From assembly GCA_963664815.2 (NCBI GenBank), contig CAXXHB010000003.1, positions 3,424,001 to 3,488,000 of the forward strand: 64,000 nucleotides of DNA, read 5' to 3'. The translations under genes and the position numbers were made by a program. Shown in pieces: positions 8,902 through 18,552 of this stretch. The number at the start of each line of letters is the position of its first letter. Position 1 is the stretch's first letter. The notes under the pieces were generated by a model that did not search any database, had not been told where the DNA came from, and was given only the letters and a program-made list of their open reading frames with translations. Source of the DNA: Spirochaetota bacterium (lineage in GTDB: Bacteria; Spirochaetota; UBA4802; UBA5550).

Positions 8902-10776
8902 TTATTCTTCCAGTGCTCCGGTAAATATTGCGCTTCCAGCCTTGACTACCGATGTTTCACCGGAAAGAAGATAATCTGCATAACCGAAAAATTTCTGGAA
9001 CTCAGCGCCAAGATAGAACTGACCGGATAAAACCCGACCTGTATAATATGCCGCTTCAGTATTTTCTGCAATCAGCTTTTCACGATCTGCACCTGTTTTA
9101 AAACCTGTCAGCTCCTTCATTTTTCTTGCAGCTATTGATATACCCCACAGGTGCATCCATGCATATGTCAGTTTTGTAAATGCCTGCTGCAGTGGTGTCG
9201 CATTTGCAAAAATACTCAGATATTGCCCCTTTGCCATATCGTTTTTCAGCAATAAAATTACTTCATCCATTTTAACGATAGCTTTCTCCATTGAGATAAG
9301 ATATTTATCATCGATAACCCCTTTTGCAGTCATCATTGTTTCCAGAATTTTCTTTTTAAAAACACAGTAGTTTTTCTGATCTTTATTCATAAGGATTTTT
9401 CTCATTGTAAGATCCATGGACTGAATACCATTGGTACCCTCGTAGATTGCCAGAATCTTGGCGTCCCTGGCATACTGTTCCACAGGGTAATCACAGCAGA
9501 AACCGTATCCACCGTATGTCTGAATCGCATCTGCAGTTACCTCCCAGGCTGTATCAGTATTACCGGCTTTGTTGACAGGAATCAGAAGTTCTACAAGCGC
9601 TTTTGCATCTTCCTGCTGTTCTTCAGTTCCAAGATGAGACAGATCATGCAGATAAGCAAGATAATATGTGAGAGATCTCATCGCCTCCACCTTCGATTTC
9701 ATTGATAGCAGCATCCTTTTCACATCAGGATGGTTGATAATAGGCACACCCTTCGCTTCAGGGTTGAGCATATGTGCCACATCGGCCCCCTGGATTCTGT
9801 TTCTTGCATATGTAACTGCATGCATATACGCGGCACTCGAAACAGACCCACCCTGGCTGCCGACATAGAGTCTCGCCTCGTTCATCATCTGAAACATAAT
9901 TTTCATTCCCTGCCTCTCCTTCCCGAGAAGAAGCCCCCTGCATTTACCCTCGTCTCCGAAATTCATGGTACATGTTGCAGATGCCGTTATTCCCATCTTA
10001 TGCTCAATACCGGAACATGTAACATCGTTAAACTCACCCATTGAACCGTCCTTGTTTACCCAGTACTTGGGTACCACAAATATTGAAACTCCCTTAGTAC
10101 CTGCGGGATCACCTTCTATGCGCGCGAGAACCGGGTGTACCATATTCTTGTAATAATTATTATCTCCGGAAGATATAAATATTTTCTGTCCTACAATGTT
10201 GTAAGTCCCGTCAGAATTTTTTATTGCTTTGGTTTTAAGAGCTCCCACGTCAGATCCTGCATCCGGCTCTGTGAGGCACATGGTTCCGCCCCATTCACCC
10301 GAAAGCATTTTTTCTATCATAACATCTTTATCTTTACCCTCAGGCATAAAGTTAACATACATATTCATCGCGCCGACAGTGAGCATGGGATACATGGAAA
10401 ATGCCACGCCCGCAGCTGTAAAGAAATCGGTACATGCATAGTACATGGGCATAGGCATCCCCATTCCGCCAATCGCCTGCTCATTTGCCAGACCGATAAA
10501 ACCAGCCTCATAATATGCATCAAGACCGCTTCTGAACCCCTCGGGAATAGTAACCTCTTTTGTTGCCGGATTGTATTGTGCATGAGTTTTGTCTGATTCC
10601 TGATTAATAGGGTAAACCTTTTCAACAGCTATCTTCTCGGCCAGGCTGATAACCTCCTCGAAAGTGTCTCTGTCAAAATCGGAAAATTTAGAATACTTGT
10701 TTAATTCATCAACCTTAAGCATTTCAAATAAAATAAAACGTACATCTCTTGAATCGATAATTGGATTTAATGCCAT
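8902..10776 (-). CDS. Acyl-CoA dehydrogenase (long, FadE5/DmdC-like)
   Basis: GTMCLTEPDAGSD, GQKIFISSG, IEHKMG, YARNRIQG, QTYGGYG, IYEGTNGIQSMDL. Confidence 0.95.
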   Translation of the reverse strand: MALNPIIDSRDVRFILFEMLKVDELNKYSKFSDFDRDTFEEVISLAEKIAVEKVYPINQESDKTHAQYNPATKEVTIPEGFRSGLDAYYEAGFIGLANEQAIGGMGMPMPMYYACTDFFTAAGVAFSMYPMLTVGAMNMYVNFMPEGKDKDVMIEKMLSGEWGGTMCLTEPDAGSDVGALKTKAIKNSDGTYNIVGQKIFISSGDNNYYKNMVHPVLARIEGDPAGTKGVSIFVVPKYWVNKDGSMGEFNDVTCSGIEHKMGITASATCTMNFGDEGKCRGLLLGKERQGMKIMFQMMNEARLYVGSQGGSVSSAAYMHAVTYARNRIQGADVAHMLNPEAKGVPIINHPDVKRMLLSMKSKVEAMRSLTYYLAYLHDLSHLGTEEQQEDAKALVELLIPVNKAGNTDTAWEVTADAIQTYGGYGFCCDYPVEQYARDAKILAIYEGTNGIQSMDLTMRKILMNKDQKNYCVFKKKILETMMTAKGVIDDKYLISMEKAIVKMDEVILLLKNDMAKGQYLSIFANATPLQQAFTKLTYAWMHLWGISIAARKMKELTGFKTGADREKLIAENTEAAYYTGRVLSGQFYLGAEFQKFFGYADYLLSGETSVVKAGSAIFTGALEE

Positions 10777-11008
10777 ATTTCCCCCCTAAAGTATTGGTTT
10801 TGCCAAGATATTGTGCCACGTAGCGTAGTTAAACTAATGAATTTAATCAATCTTTTTTTGTTTAATTAAGATAATTGTCATAAAAAAATATTAATACTAC
10901 TAAATATTGAAATAAAATTGACACACAATTAGACTGACAAATTCAGTTAAATGTACATGTATTTACAAACTGATAATAATACTATAAGTAATGCGGGAAA
11001 TTACGGCA

Positions 11009-11073
11009 ATCGGGCAAAGCAGTATTTATATTATAGGGTTACATATGAAATATTTGATAGGGTTTCCCCCGAT
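11009..11073. promoter_or_regulatory. Array of 24-bp-phased imperfect palindromes upstream of the acyl-CoA dehydrogenase
   Basis: Half-sites at 11009 (ATCGG), 11033 (ATAGG) and 11057 (ATAGGGTTTCCCCCGAT); same orientation as the 8644-8732 array. Confidence 0.7.
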
Positions 11074-11159
11074 GAGTAACCGGTTTTCTATTTAAAAACA
11101 ATACTTCAACAACGTGATTCCACACCAGTTAAAGCGTTATTCATCCTACCGGAAAATTT

Positions 11160-11831
11160 TTATTTTCTGCGGGTAATCTCCCACTGCGAAGCGTGCTGAA
11201 TAAGTTCTGTAGCATTTTTCAGATTTAATTTCTCTTTAATATGTTCGCGATATGTATCAACCGTTTTAACGCTTAGACGCAGTTTCTCTGCTATCTGCCG
11301 GGTTTCATGACCACTCCCTATCAATTCAAATACCTGCAGTTCACGATCGGTAAGAGTTGAAATTCTTGAATCACAATACTCTTCAGTTTTACCTACAGCT
11401 TTTCTGAGAAGCTGGTTTCTAATTCTTTCACTTGCATATATCTCTCCGGCAATAACAGTCCTGATAGCTTTAACAATCACGTCTGATGCTTCCTGTTTCA
11501 TTATATACCCGGTTGCTCCGGCGGCAAATGCCCTTTCAGCATAAAAGTTTTCATCAAAGACTGAAAGTACAAGTACCGGAACTTTCTGATCCGAACGTCG
11601 GATATACTTTATAAGATCTATTCCGCTCATATCGTTCAGAGATATATCGACAATAATTACATCAGCCGTTTCCTTTTTCAGGTATTCGAGGGCTTTATCT
11701 CCGCTGTCAGCTTCTTTGCATATAAACATATCCTCCAGCTGGGATATCATCATGCAAAGCCCCATTCTGACAATAGAATGATCTTCCACTATGAGCACTG
11801 AATGCTTTTTTGTTCTGCCAAAACCCGGCAT
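11160..11831 (-). CDS. NarL/FixJ-family response regulator (REC + LuxR HTH)
   Basis: IVEDH, IVDISL, GYIMK, LTDRELQV...IAEKLRLSVKTVDTYR. Confidence 0.95.
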   Translation of the reverse strand: MPGFGRTKKHSVLIVEDHSIVRMGLCMMISQLEDMFICKEADSGDKALEYLKKETADVIIVDISLNDMSGIDLIKYIRRSDQKVPVLVLSVFDENFYAERAFAAGATGYIMKQEASDVIVKAIRTVIAGEIYASERIRNQLLRKAVGKTEEYCDSRISTLTDRELQVFELIGSGHETRQIAEKLRLSVKTVDTYREHIKEKLNLKNATELIQHASQWEITRRK

Positions 11832-11866
11832 TGTTTACCTCGGCTTTTCCTTTATTGTACTTTTAA

Positions 11867-14062
11867 TCATTTCTGTAAAGAACAGAGAATTCTTGCCCCG
11901 GGTGAGTCCGGATTATTCTCAATCCTTATCTTTGCCCCGATCAACTTCGCTCTGAAATTCATAAGCTTAAGCCCAAGTCCTTCAGTATCACGGAAGTTTA
12001 CCCCCTCAAAACCTTTTCCATTATCACTGACCTCAACCTCACTCTTCCCGTCCCTGTTCCTGAGGCTTATAACAATTCTGTCAGCTGCTCCATGTTTAAC
12101 CGCGTTATGAACTGCTTCATTGACTATGTAATACAATTCAGTTGCCCTCATAACATCAACATCTGCCGGATCACAATCCTCTTCAAAAACACATGAAATA
12201 TCATGAAGCTCGCTAATTGATGCTGCCAGGTTTTTAAATGCGCTTGGCAGACCCTCATAATCAATCTCTACAAGAAAAAGACCTTTAAGAAGTTTTTTCG
12301 TAAGGGTAAGGGATTCCCCTATGAGTTTGTAAATTTTCTTAATATCACTTATCTCAATAGATTTTCCCCTCTTTTTTTTCATCTCCAGGCTTCGGATTAT
12401 AAGAGATATGCCTGTAAGATACTGGATCAGGTTATCATGAAGAAGCTCACCCACACGCTGCTGCTCACGTTTACTTATTTCGTTTATCTGTTTCAAAAGA
12501 TAATTATATTCAGTCATATCAATAAGGGTAACGACATACTGGGAATTATACGGAACCAGCGCAGTAAGACAGAAAACATCCTTTACTTCACCCGTTTTAT
12601 ACTTAAGCTTGAACTCATTCTTATTAATCAGAGAAGCCTCATCTGCCCCAAGGTCCCTTGCATTTTTTCTTATTTCCCTGACATATTCCGGAGTAACAAA
12701 ATCCTTCCATGTCATCTTCCCTTCAATCTGTTCTTTTGTGTAGCCTGAAAGAGTCACCATCCCATTATTTACAAGAGTCATCACGTCGTTCTCTACAATA
12801 CCCATAGCGGAACCTGTACATTCAAAAACAGTTTTGTACATCTCCTCGGAAAGCCTTAATGCATCTTCAAGAATCATTTTCTCTGTTATATCAAAGAAAA
12901 TAGAAATTATGCATGTTTCTCCATCCAGGGTTATCGGTTCGGCGGAATATATATAATTATGCAGATCACCGTTTTGATGTCTGAATACTATCTCGATGTT
13001 TCTTACCGACTTCCCTTCTTTTATAGGTGAAATATTTTTTTCCCTCGCTTCACGAGGTTCCCAGATATTTATATCAAATACAGTCTTTCCGACAATTTCA
13101 CTGCGGTTATATCCTGTAGTTCTTATAAACTGATCGTTCACCTCCACGATTCTGCCGCTCTCAAGCGCGGTTACGCTGATACTGATAGGCGCCAGCTGAA
13201 ACGAGCGTGAAAATTTCTCCTCGGAAATTCTGAGCGCAGATTCAAGCTTTTTTCTTTCAGTAATATCGAAAAAGTTTGATATTATACAGTCAATACCCTC
13301 TATAGAAATAGGTTCGGCAGAGTAGATATAGTTATGCAGATCACCGTTTTTATGCCTGAATACTATCTCCTTATTCTTAACAGCTCTCCCGTAAAGCAGT
13401 GGCGCGATTATTTCATCTCGCAACTGCGGAGGCGCCCATATTTTAACGTCATGCACAGTCTTCCCCACAACCTCAGATCGTTTGAACCCGGTATTATTTA
13501 AAAATTCATCGTTAACTTCTATTATTGTCCCTTCCGTCAGGGTTGTAATTGTAAGGCTTATCGGTGCGAGGTGAAAGGAACGGGAATACTTCTCTTCAGA
13601 AATACGTAAAGCATCATCAATATCTTTTTTACGTAAAATATATTCCTGCCCGGGTATTTCTTTTATAACACAACAGATAAAGGCATTTTCAGTATCCAGA
13701 CTTAAACAAAATTTTGATATGATAGTTCTTGAAGTACCATTCAGTGATCTGATCCTGAGAATAAATTCAGATTCTTCAGCAACTTTTCCGGTTTGCAGAA
13801 AATTCACTATGAACTTGCGGATTTTATCAACAATATCACCATTTTCATCATCCAGATCCCGCAATCGGCTTATGGTTTTATTAAAAGATATTTCAACAGC
13901 ATCATCCTGTATTATACCTGTTAACCTTTCCATGACAGGATTCCATAGTTTTATTATCCCCTCATTATCAACAAGGATAATACCATCACTTATATAATCT
14001 GATATTTCCTTTATAATACCAGATTTCAGTTGTCCGGATGAGTATATGCCGTCATTGCTCAT
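11867..14062 (-). CDS. Cytoplasmic multi-PAS sensor histidine kinase (HisKA_3 type)
   Basis: Four PAS-like repeats, EQQRVGELLHDNL H-box, EAVHNAVKH, DNGKGF, GLGL; no TM segment; start uncertain (14062 or 14080). Confidence 0.92.
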   Translation of the reverse strand: MSNDGIYSSGQLKSGIIKEISDYISDGIILVDNEGIIKLWNPVMERLTGIIQDDAVEISFNKTISRLRDLDDENGDIVDKIRKFIVNFLQTGKVAEESEFILRIRSLNGTSRTIISKFCLSLDTENAFICCVIKEIPGQEYILRKKDIDDALRISEEKYSRSFHLAPISLTITTLTEGTIIEVNDEFLNNTGFKRSEVVGKTVHDVKIWAPPQLRDEIIAPLLYGRAVKNKEIVFRHKNGDLHNYIYSAEPISIEGIDCIISNFFDITERKKLESALRISEEKFSRSFQLAPISISVTALESGRIVEVNDQFIRTTGYNRSEIVGKTVFDINIWEPREAREKNISPIKEGKSVRNIEIVFRHQNGDLHNYIYSAEPITLDGETCIISIFFDITEKMILEDALRLSEEMYKTVFECTGSAMGIVENDVMTLVNNGMVTLSGYTKEQIEGKMTWKDFVTPEYVREIRKNARDLGADEASLINKNEFKLKYKTGEVKDVFCLTALVPYNSQYVVTLIDMTEYNYLLKQINEISKREQQRVGELLHDNLIQYLTGISLIIRSLEMKKKRGKSIEISDIKKIYKLIGESLTLTKKLLKGLFLVEIDYEGLPSAFKNLAASISELHDISCVFEEDCDPADVDVMRATELYYIVNEAVHNAVKHGAADRIVISLRNRDGKSEVEVSDNGKGFEGVNFRDTEGLGLKLMNFRAKLIGAKIRIENNPDSPGARILCSLQK

Positions 14063-14242
14063 TAATTTTAATATATACAATTTTAATTTTTTTTCAAGTG
14101 ATATTTTATATCATTTCTTTCATTTGACAAACTCCATTCTGTTTAAAGTTCATCATGCAGCAATATTTCATTATATCAACGGGTAATAAAACAATCACGC
14201 ATTCAGATTATATCCGCATATTTATAGAAATAATTACTCCCG

Positions 14243-14803
14243 CTATTCTTGAAGCTTTTTGACCATATCTGAAAACTTGCTGTAAAACTCTTTAAGCTGA
14301 TCATCTTCCCGCAGCGCCCTGAGAGACGGTTCCTTACCGTCAATAATATCCTGAATATGCTGAGTAATAACGTAAATCGGTCCTGAAATTGTATGTGTAA
14401 GCCTTATTAAATAATAGAAGAGAACAATCCCCATGATAATCATAAAACCGGCGATAATGGAAATTACCACAAAGTTTGAATTAAGAAGCCCGGTTAATAC
14501 GGCAATATGAGTTTCAATAATTTTTATGCTTTGATTATGATCGTCAGAAATTTTCTGTGATTCCAGCTGAATTTCTGAATTTGCCGTGATGTCTGAATAT
14601 TTTATAAATGCCTTAACAATATTCTGTTCAGTATTAATTGCACCATTGAGATCTTTAATAGTTCCATTAATCTTTTTGTCAGTTGCAATATTATGTATTA
14701 TCATCAGTATCAGGATGATGAAAAAAGCAATAAAGTAAAAACGTATTATAGAAAATGCTGTTTTAAGCTGAAGTTTTTTATCGATAAGTATTTTCCTTTT
14801 CAT
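14243..14803 (-). CDS. Hypothetical two-TM membrane protein with HAMP-like tail
   Basis: RKILIDKKLQ, two hydrophobic helices, THTISGPI...LREDDQL. Confidence 0.65.
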   Translation of the reverse strand: MKRKILIDKKLQLKTAFSIIRFYFIAFFIILILMIIHNIATDKKINGTIKDLNGAINTEQNIVKAFIKYSDITANSEIQLESQKISDDHNQSIKIIETHIAVLTGLLNSNFVVISIIAGFMIIMGIVLFYYLIRLTHTISGPIYVITQHIQDIIDGKEPSLRALREDDQLKEFYSKFSDMVKKLQE

Positions 14804-14938
14804 TAAATTTCTCCCTGTAAATTCAATTTCTCAATTAAATATGTAAAAAAATTATCAAGTCAAGCAAAAAGCCTTGTAAAATAACAATTGTTATGAAATT
14901 ATTCTTTTTAAAACTTTTAACATCAAGTCTGAATTAAA

Positions 14939-15787
14939 ATGAAAAAAATATTATATATAATAATTATTTCAACAATTCTGAAGCCGGCTTTTTTATCATC
15001 CGCTCCCAACCATGGGCCTTTGATAAAAGCTTTCTACGCCCCTTACGGTGCCGGCTCATATAATGTACCTTATGATAAAACATTAAACGGCGGATATGAT
15101 AATGATCTTGCTGCAGATTCAGCTGATAATAAAGATAATCAGATGAAAACACTCCATGGATATTCTGTCTCATGCGGATATTTCCACGACTGGATTCAGG
15201 GAGATATAAGTTATTCGGCTGTAAGAACGGATAACCAGTATATAAAAGAAATTTCCTCAAAGGGGACTGAATATTATGCAGATGCATCCTTATGGAATCT
15301 GGATGCAAGGCTCGGTTATCGCTTTAACAATCCTGGAGATACTTCATATAAATGGTTATATCTCGGGATGAGAAGAACAAATTTTGATATTCCCTTTAAT
15401 CATACTGAAATCAATGCAACCGGTTTACTGGCAGGATTTTATGGTTTCAGCAGTTTCGGTTTTGACTGGCCATTCGAACTTGTTCTTACTTACGACATTA
15501 ATTTTGTTTTTTACCGCAGCAACTATAACCATTTAAAAACAGATATAAAGATGGATGCCAACAATAAAAAAGCCGTAGATTTAGGATTATCGGCAGGGAT
15601 AGGCGTTCAGTACGAGCCATGGGACATTGCCATAATATTTAAAATTTACCCTTTTATCAGCGATAAATATTATGAAGAAGATTATCCCGGCAGCAATAGA
15701 AATACTACGGCAAACATGAGTGGTACATTAGTCGGAATAGAAATTGTTTTTACCATACCGGAATATAAGAATAATATTGTTGAATAA
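14939..15787 (+). CDS. Hypothetical exported protein, probable outer-membrane beta-barrel
   Basis: Signal peptide; alternating aromatic strands (LDARLGYRF, LGLSAGIGVQY). Confidence 0.55.
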   Translation: MKKILYIIIISTILKPAFLSSAPNHGPLIKAFYAPYGAGSYNVPYDKTLNGGYDNDLAADSADNKDNQMKTLHGYSVSCGYFHDWIQGDISYSAVRTDNQYIKEISSKGTEYYADASLWNLDARLGYRFNNPGDTSYKWLYLGMRRTNFDIPFNHTEINATGLLAGFYGFSSFGFDWPFELVLTYDINFVFYRSNYNHLKTDIKMDANNKKAVDLGLSAGIGVQYEPWDIAIIFKIYPFISDKYYEEDYPGSNRNTTANMSGTLVGIEIVFTIPEYKNNIVE

Positions 15788-15796
15788 TTAAAATGC

Positions 15797-16291
15797 ATGG
15801 AAAACCGGGAGGAACTGCCAGTGAGACATACTTTTAACTTTATAATAATATTAGTCCTGATACTCACAGGATGTGCTTCAGCCTCTTATGAAGAGAACAA
15901 TATACCCGATAGAATCGGCGGAGATTCCAAAACCATGTTACTCAACTATGAAAACAGGGTAAAAACATACGACAGTTCAAACACAGAATCTCACATGAAA
16001 ATATACCTTGAGATTGAAAAACCATATATAATCAGCACCCCGGAATTAAAGAAGCCTGAAAAAATATATAGTATCGCAGCAGTAGAAGGAACAGCAATAT
16101 TCCGAATTGATATAGGTGAAAAGGGAACTATTCTGGGTGTAAAACAGATAATGTCAGCAGGCCTTGGACTGGATGAACTTGCAGCGGATATACTCAAACA
16201 GATCAGTGTTGAACCATCATATATGGCAGGTAAACCCTGTAATTCAACTGCAGATATCAAAATTAAATTCCGGGCAGATAAAATTCAGTGA
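15797..16291 (+). CDS. Lipoprotein with TonB C-terminal domain
   Basis: Lipobox ILTGC; VEGTAIFRIDIGEKG...GLGLDELA...PSYMAGKP...IKIKF; start may be GTG 15821. Confidence 0.7.
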   Translation: MENREELPVRHTFNFIIILVLILTGCASASYEENNIPDRIGGDSKTMLLNYENRVKTYDSSNTESHMKIYLEIEKPYIISTPELKKPEKIYSIAAVEGTAIFRIDIGEKGTILGVKQIMSAGLGLDELAADILKQISVEPSYMAGKPCNSTADIKIKFRADKIQ

Positions 16292-18552
16292 AAAGATTAC
16301 TCCTTATATTCATAATTCTGCTGTCAGGCACCAGCCTGTATGCCTATTCTGTTTCAGGAAGGATATTTGACAGTTCAACAGGGTACGCCATAAGCGGCGT
16401 ATCCGTTGCAGTTGAAGAATTGAAAGCAACTGCAGTTACATCATCAGACGGATCTTTTCTATTTGAAAATATCCCCGCAGGATTTTATATTATTCACACC
16501 GCACACCCACTTTACTGCAAAACCGCAACAAATATCCGCGTAAAAAGAAATTTTACGCTGGAAATTACTCTTAAAAAGGAAGTACACAGTTTAGATCCTG
16601 TCATCAGCTCCTATAATAAAAATGACTCAGGCCGTCCCGGCAATCAATCTATATCATCGGATGATATAAAATATATGCCCATGAGCGGTGCCGGTGATGC
16701 CCTGCATCTGCTGCAGACATTGCCCGGCGTAGGGAGCTCTTTTTCATTAGGTAGTGTCCCGATTATCAGAGGGATGAATCCGATATACGACAAGACATAT
16801 ATCGATGATATACCTGTCGATTACCCTTATCACTATATCACTCCCATTATTCCCCTGTTATCATCAATCAGCGGAACAATAATTGACAATGTGCAAATCA
16901 TCAAAGGCCCATACCCTATGACTTATGATGACAGCATAGGGAGCATAATACAGGTAAAAACAAAAGAGGTTGAAAAGCCCGGAGTCCATGGGTCGATTAT
17001 ACTCGATCCTTTAATTCCGCTCTTCCCCACAATATACTGTGAAGCGGCACCCATTGCCGATTTCTCACTTATGTTCGCCGGAAGGAGAACATATCTGGAC
17101 TGGGGGGCTGATGCTCTTGAGGTAGACACTGATAATGAATATTATTTCCAGGATTATTATCTTAAACTTAAATACAATCTTTCTTCAAAACACAGATTTT
17201 ACTTCACAACTCTTGGCTCCGATGACTATCTATATATTAAAGATAATATTGACTCAAGGGCACAATATCACACGGAGTCGCTTAAATGGCAATACCTGAT
17301 AAACAGAAAACTTTTTCTTGAAACGTCTTTTATGCGCAACCGGATTGATCATTATATAAAAGACACAAGTACAGATTCAGCGGGAACACCTCTCAGCATA
17401 ACATACTCACCCCTTATGTACAGGTTAATGCAGACCCTGACATCCGATTTCTCTGTTTTCGACGTAAAGACCGGTTATGAATTTATTCTTCATAAAGACG
17501 GAGTTTCAGGAAACGTCGATATCTCCGATCTTGTAGACTATGATATCTCAAACATCAAGGGTGGAACAATAGCTGCATCCTTTCCAATTGAAGGTAAAAC
17601 CATATCTGTTTTCAACGAAACCGGACTTGATCTTTATCCTGTCAAGCTTAATGCCGGCGCGAGATATAAACACTATGGGCCTCTGTCAACCGACTCCATT
17701 TCATACAGAGGGATTGCGTCATATTATGTTAAAAATCAGAATCTGAAAGTATATGGAGGAGGCGGTTCATATCATGCTCAGCCCGACATGTATTATTACC
17801 TTGGCAACGATACCCTGGCAATGAAAGAGAGCAAAGCTTACAACGGAGTAGCCGGCTTTGAGAAAAATATAACACGGGAAATTTCAGGCCAGATTGAAAC
17901 ATACTACGCAAAGTACCGGGATCTTTTTTCATCTGATTTTGGAAATGTTGCCAGCACACAACTGCAGAGACTTGCCCAGATCAATCCATATTCCAAGGAT
18001 GTTAAAGGTTCTTCAATGGGTATCGAGTGTTTCATAAAAGGAAAAATCGGACCTGTTTACGGCTGGACCAGTTATTCACTTTCAAGAACACGGATGAGTG
18101 ATGGTGAAGATGAGTATTACTCGGATTATGACCAGACACATATTTTCAGGATAGCAGCCCTGACGCATCAGGGGAGATGGACTCCATCTGTTATATGGCA
18201 CTATGCAACTTCAATGCCATACACTCCTATTACAGGATCAACATCTGACGGATCAGGAGGGTACACTCCTGTTTACGGAGATTACAACTCCAAAAGATAC
18301 TCCCCATATCACAGACTTGACGGCAAGCTGACCTATACCGGAGACGTTGTCCGTTTCTATATTGAAATATGGAATATCTATTACATAAAAGGTTATATCC
18401 ATAATGATAATGAAGCTGATGAAGTTGTTAAAAACGAATCATACCTTTTCCCTGTCTTTGACAGCAATAAGCCGTACAGCAGCAGCAACCCGAAAAATCA
18501 GTCCGATATTCCGGGGGTATTTTTCTGGATGGGGTTAGAAATATGTTTCTGA
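16288..18552 (+). CDS. TonB-dependent receptor with N-terminal carboxypeptidase-regulatory-like domain
   Basis: VSGRIFD...DGSF; plug LQTLPGV/IIRG/YIDDIP; DYDQTH, YHRLD; terminal Phe. Confidence 0.88.
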   Translation: MKRLLLIFIILLSGTSLYAYSVSGRIFDSSTGYAISGVSVAVEELKATAVTSSDGSFLFENIPAGFYIIHTAHPLYCKTATNIRVKRNFTLEITLKKEVHSLDPVISSYNKNDSGRPGNQSISSDDIKYMPMSGAGDALHLLQTLPGVGSSFSLGSVPIIRGMNPIYDKTYIDDIPVDYPYHYITPIIPLLSSISGTIIDNVQIIKGPYPMTYDDSIGSIIQVKTKEVEKPGVHGSIILDPLIPLFPTIYCEAAPIADFSLMFAGRRTYLDWGADALEVDTDNEYYFQDYYLKLKYNLSSKHRFYFTTLGSDDYLYIKDNIDSRAQYHTESLKWQYLINRKLFLETSFMRNRIDHYIKDTSTDSAGTPLSITYSPLMYRLMQTLTSDFSVFDVKTGYEFILHKDGVSGNVDISDLVDYDISNIKGGTIAASFPIEGKTISVFNETGLDLYPVKLNAGARYKHYGPLSTDSISYRGIASYYVKNQNLKVYGGGGSYHAQPDMYYYLGNDTLAMKESKAYNGVAGFEKNITREISGQIETYYAKYRDLFSSDFGNVASTQLQRLAQINPYSKDVKGSSMGIECFIKGKIGPVYGWTSYSLSRTRMSDGEDEYYSDYDQTHIFRIAALTHQGRWTPSVIWHYATSMPYTPITGSTSDGSGGYTPVYGDYNSKRYSPYHRLDGKLTYTGDVVRFYIEIWNIYYIKGYIHNDNEADEVVKNESYLFPVFDSNKPYSSSNPKNQSDIPGVFFWMGLEICF

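Noticed and set aside
10799-10819. TGGCAC...TTGGC upstream of the acyl-CoA dehydrogenase as a sigma54 promoter
   Set aside because: The GG-N10-GC spacing is not met
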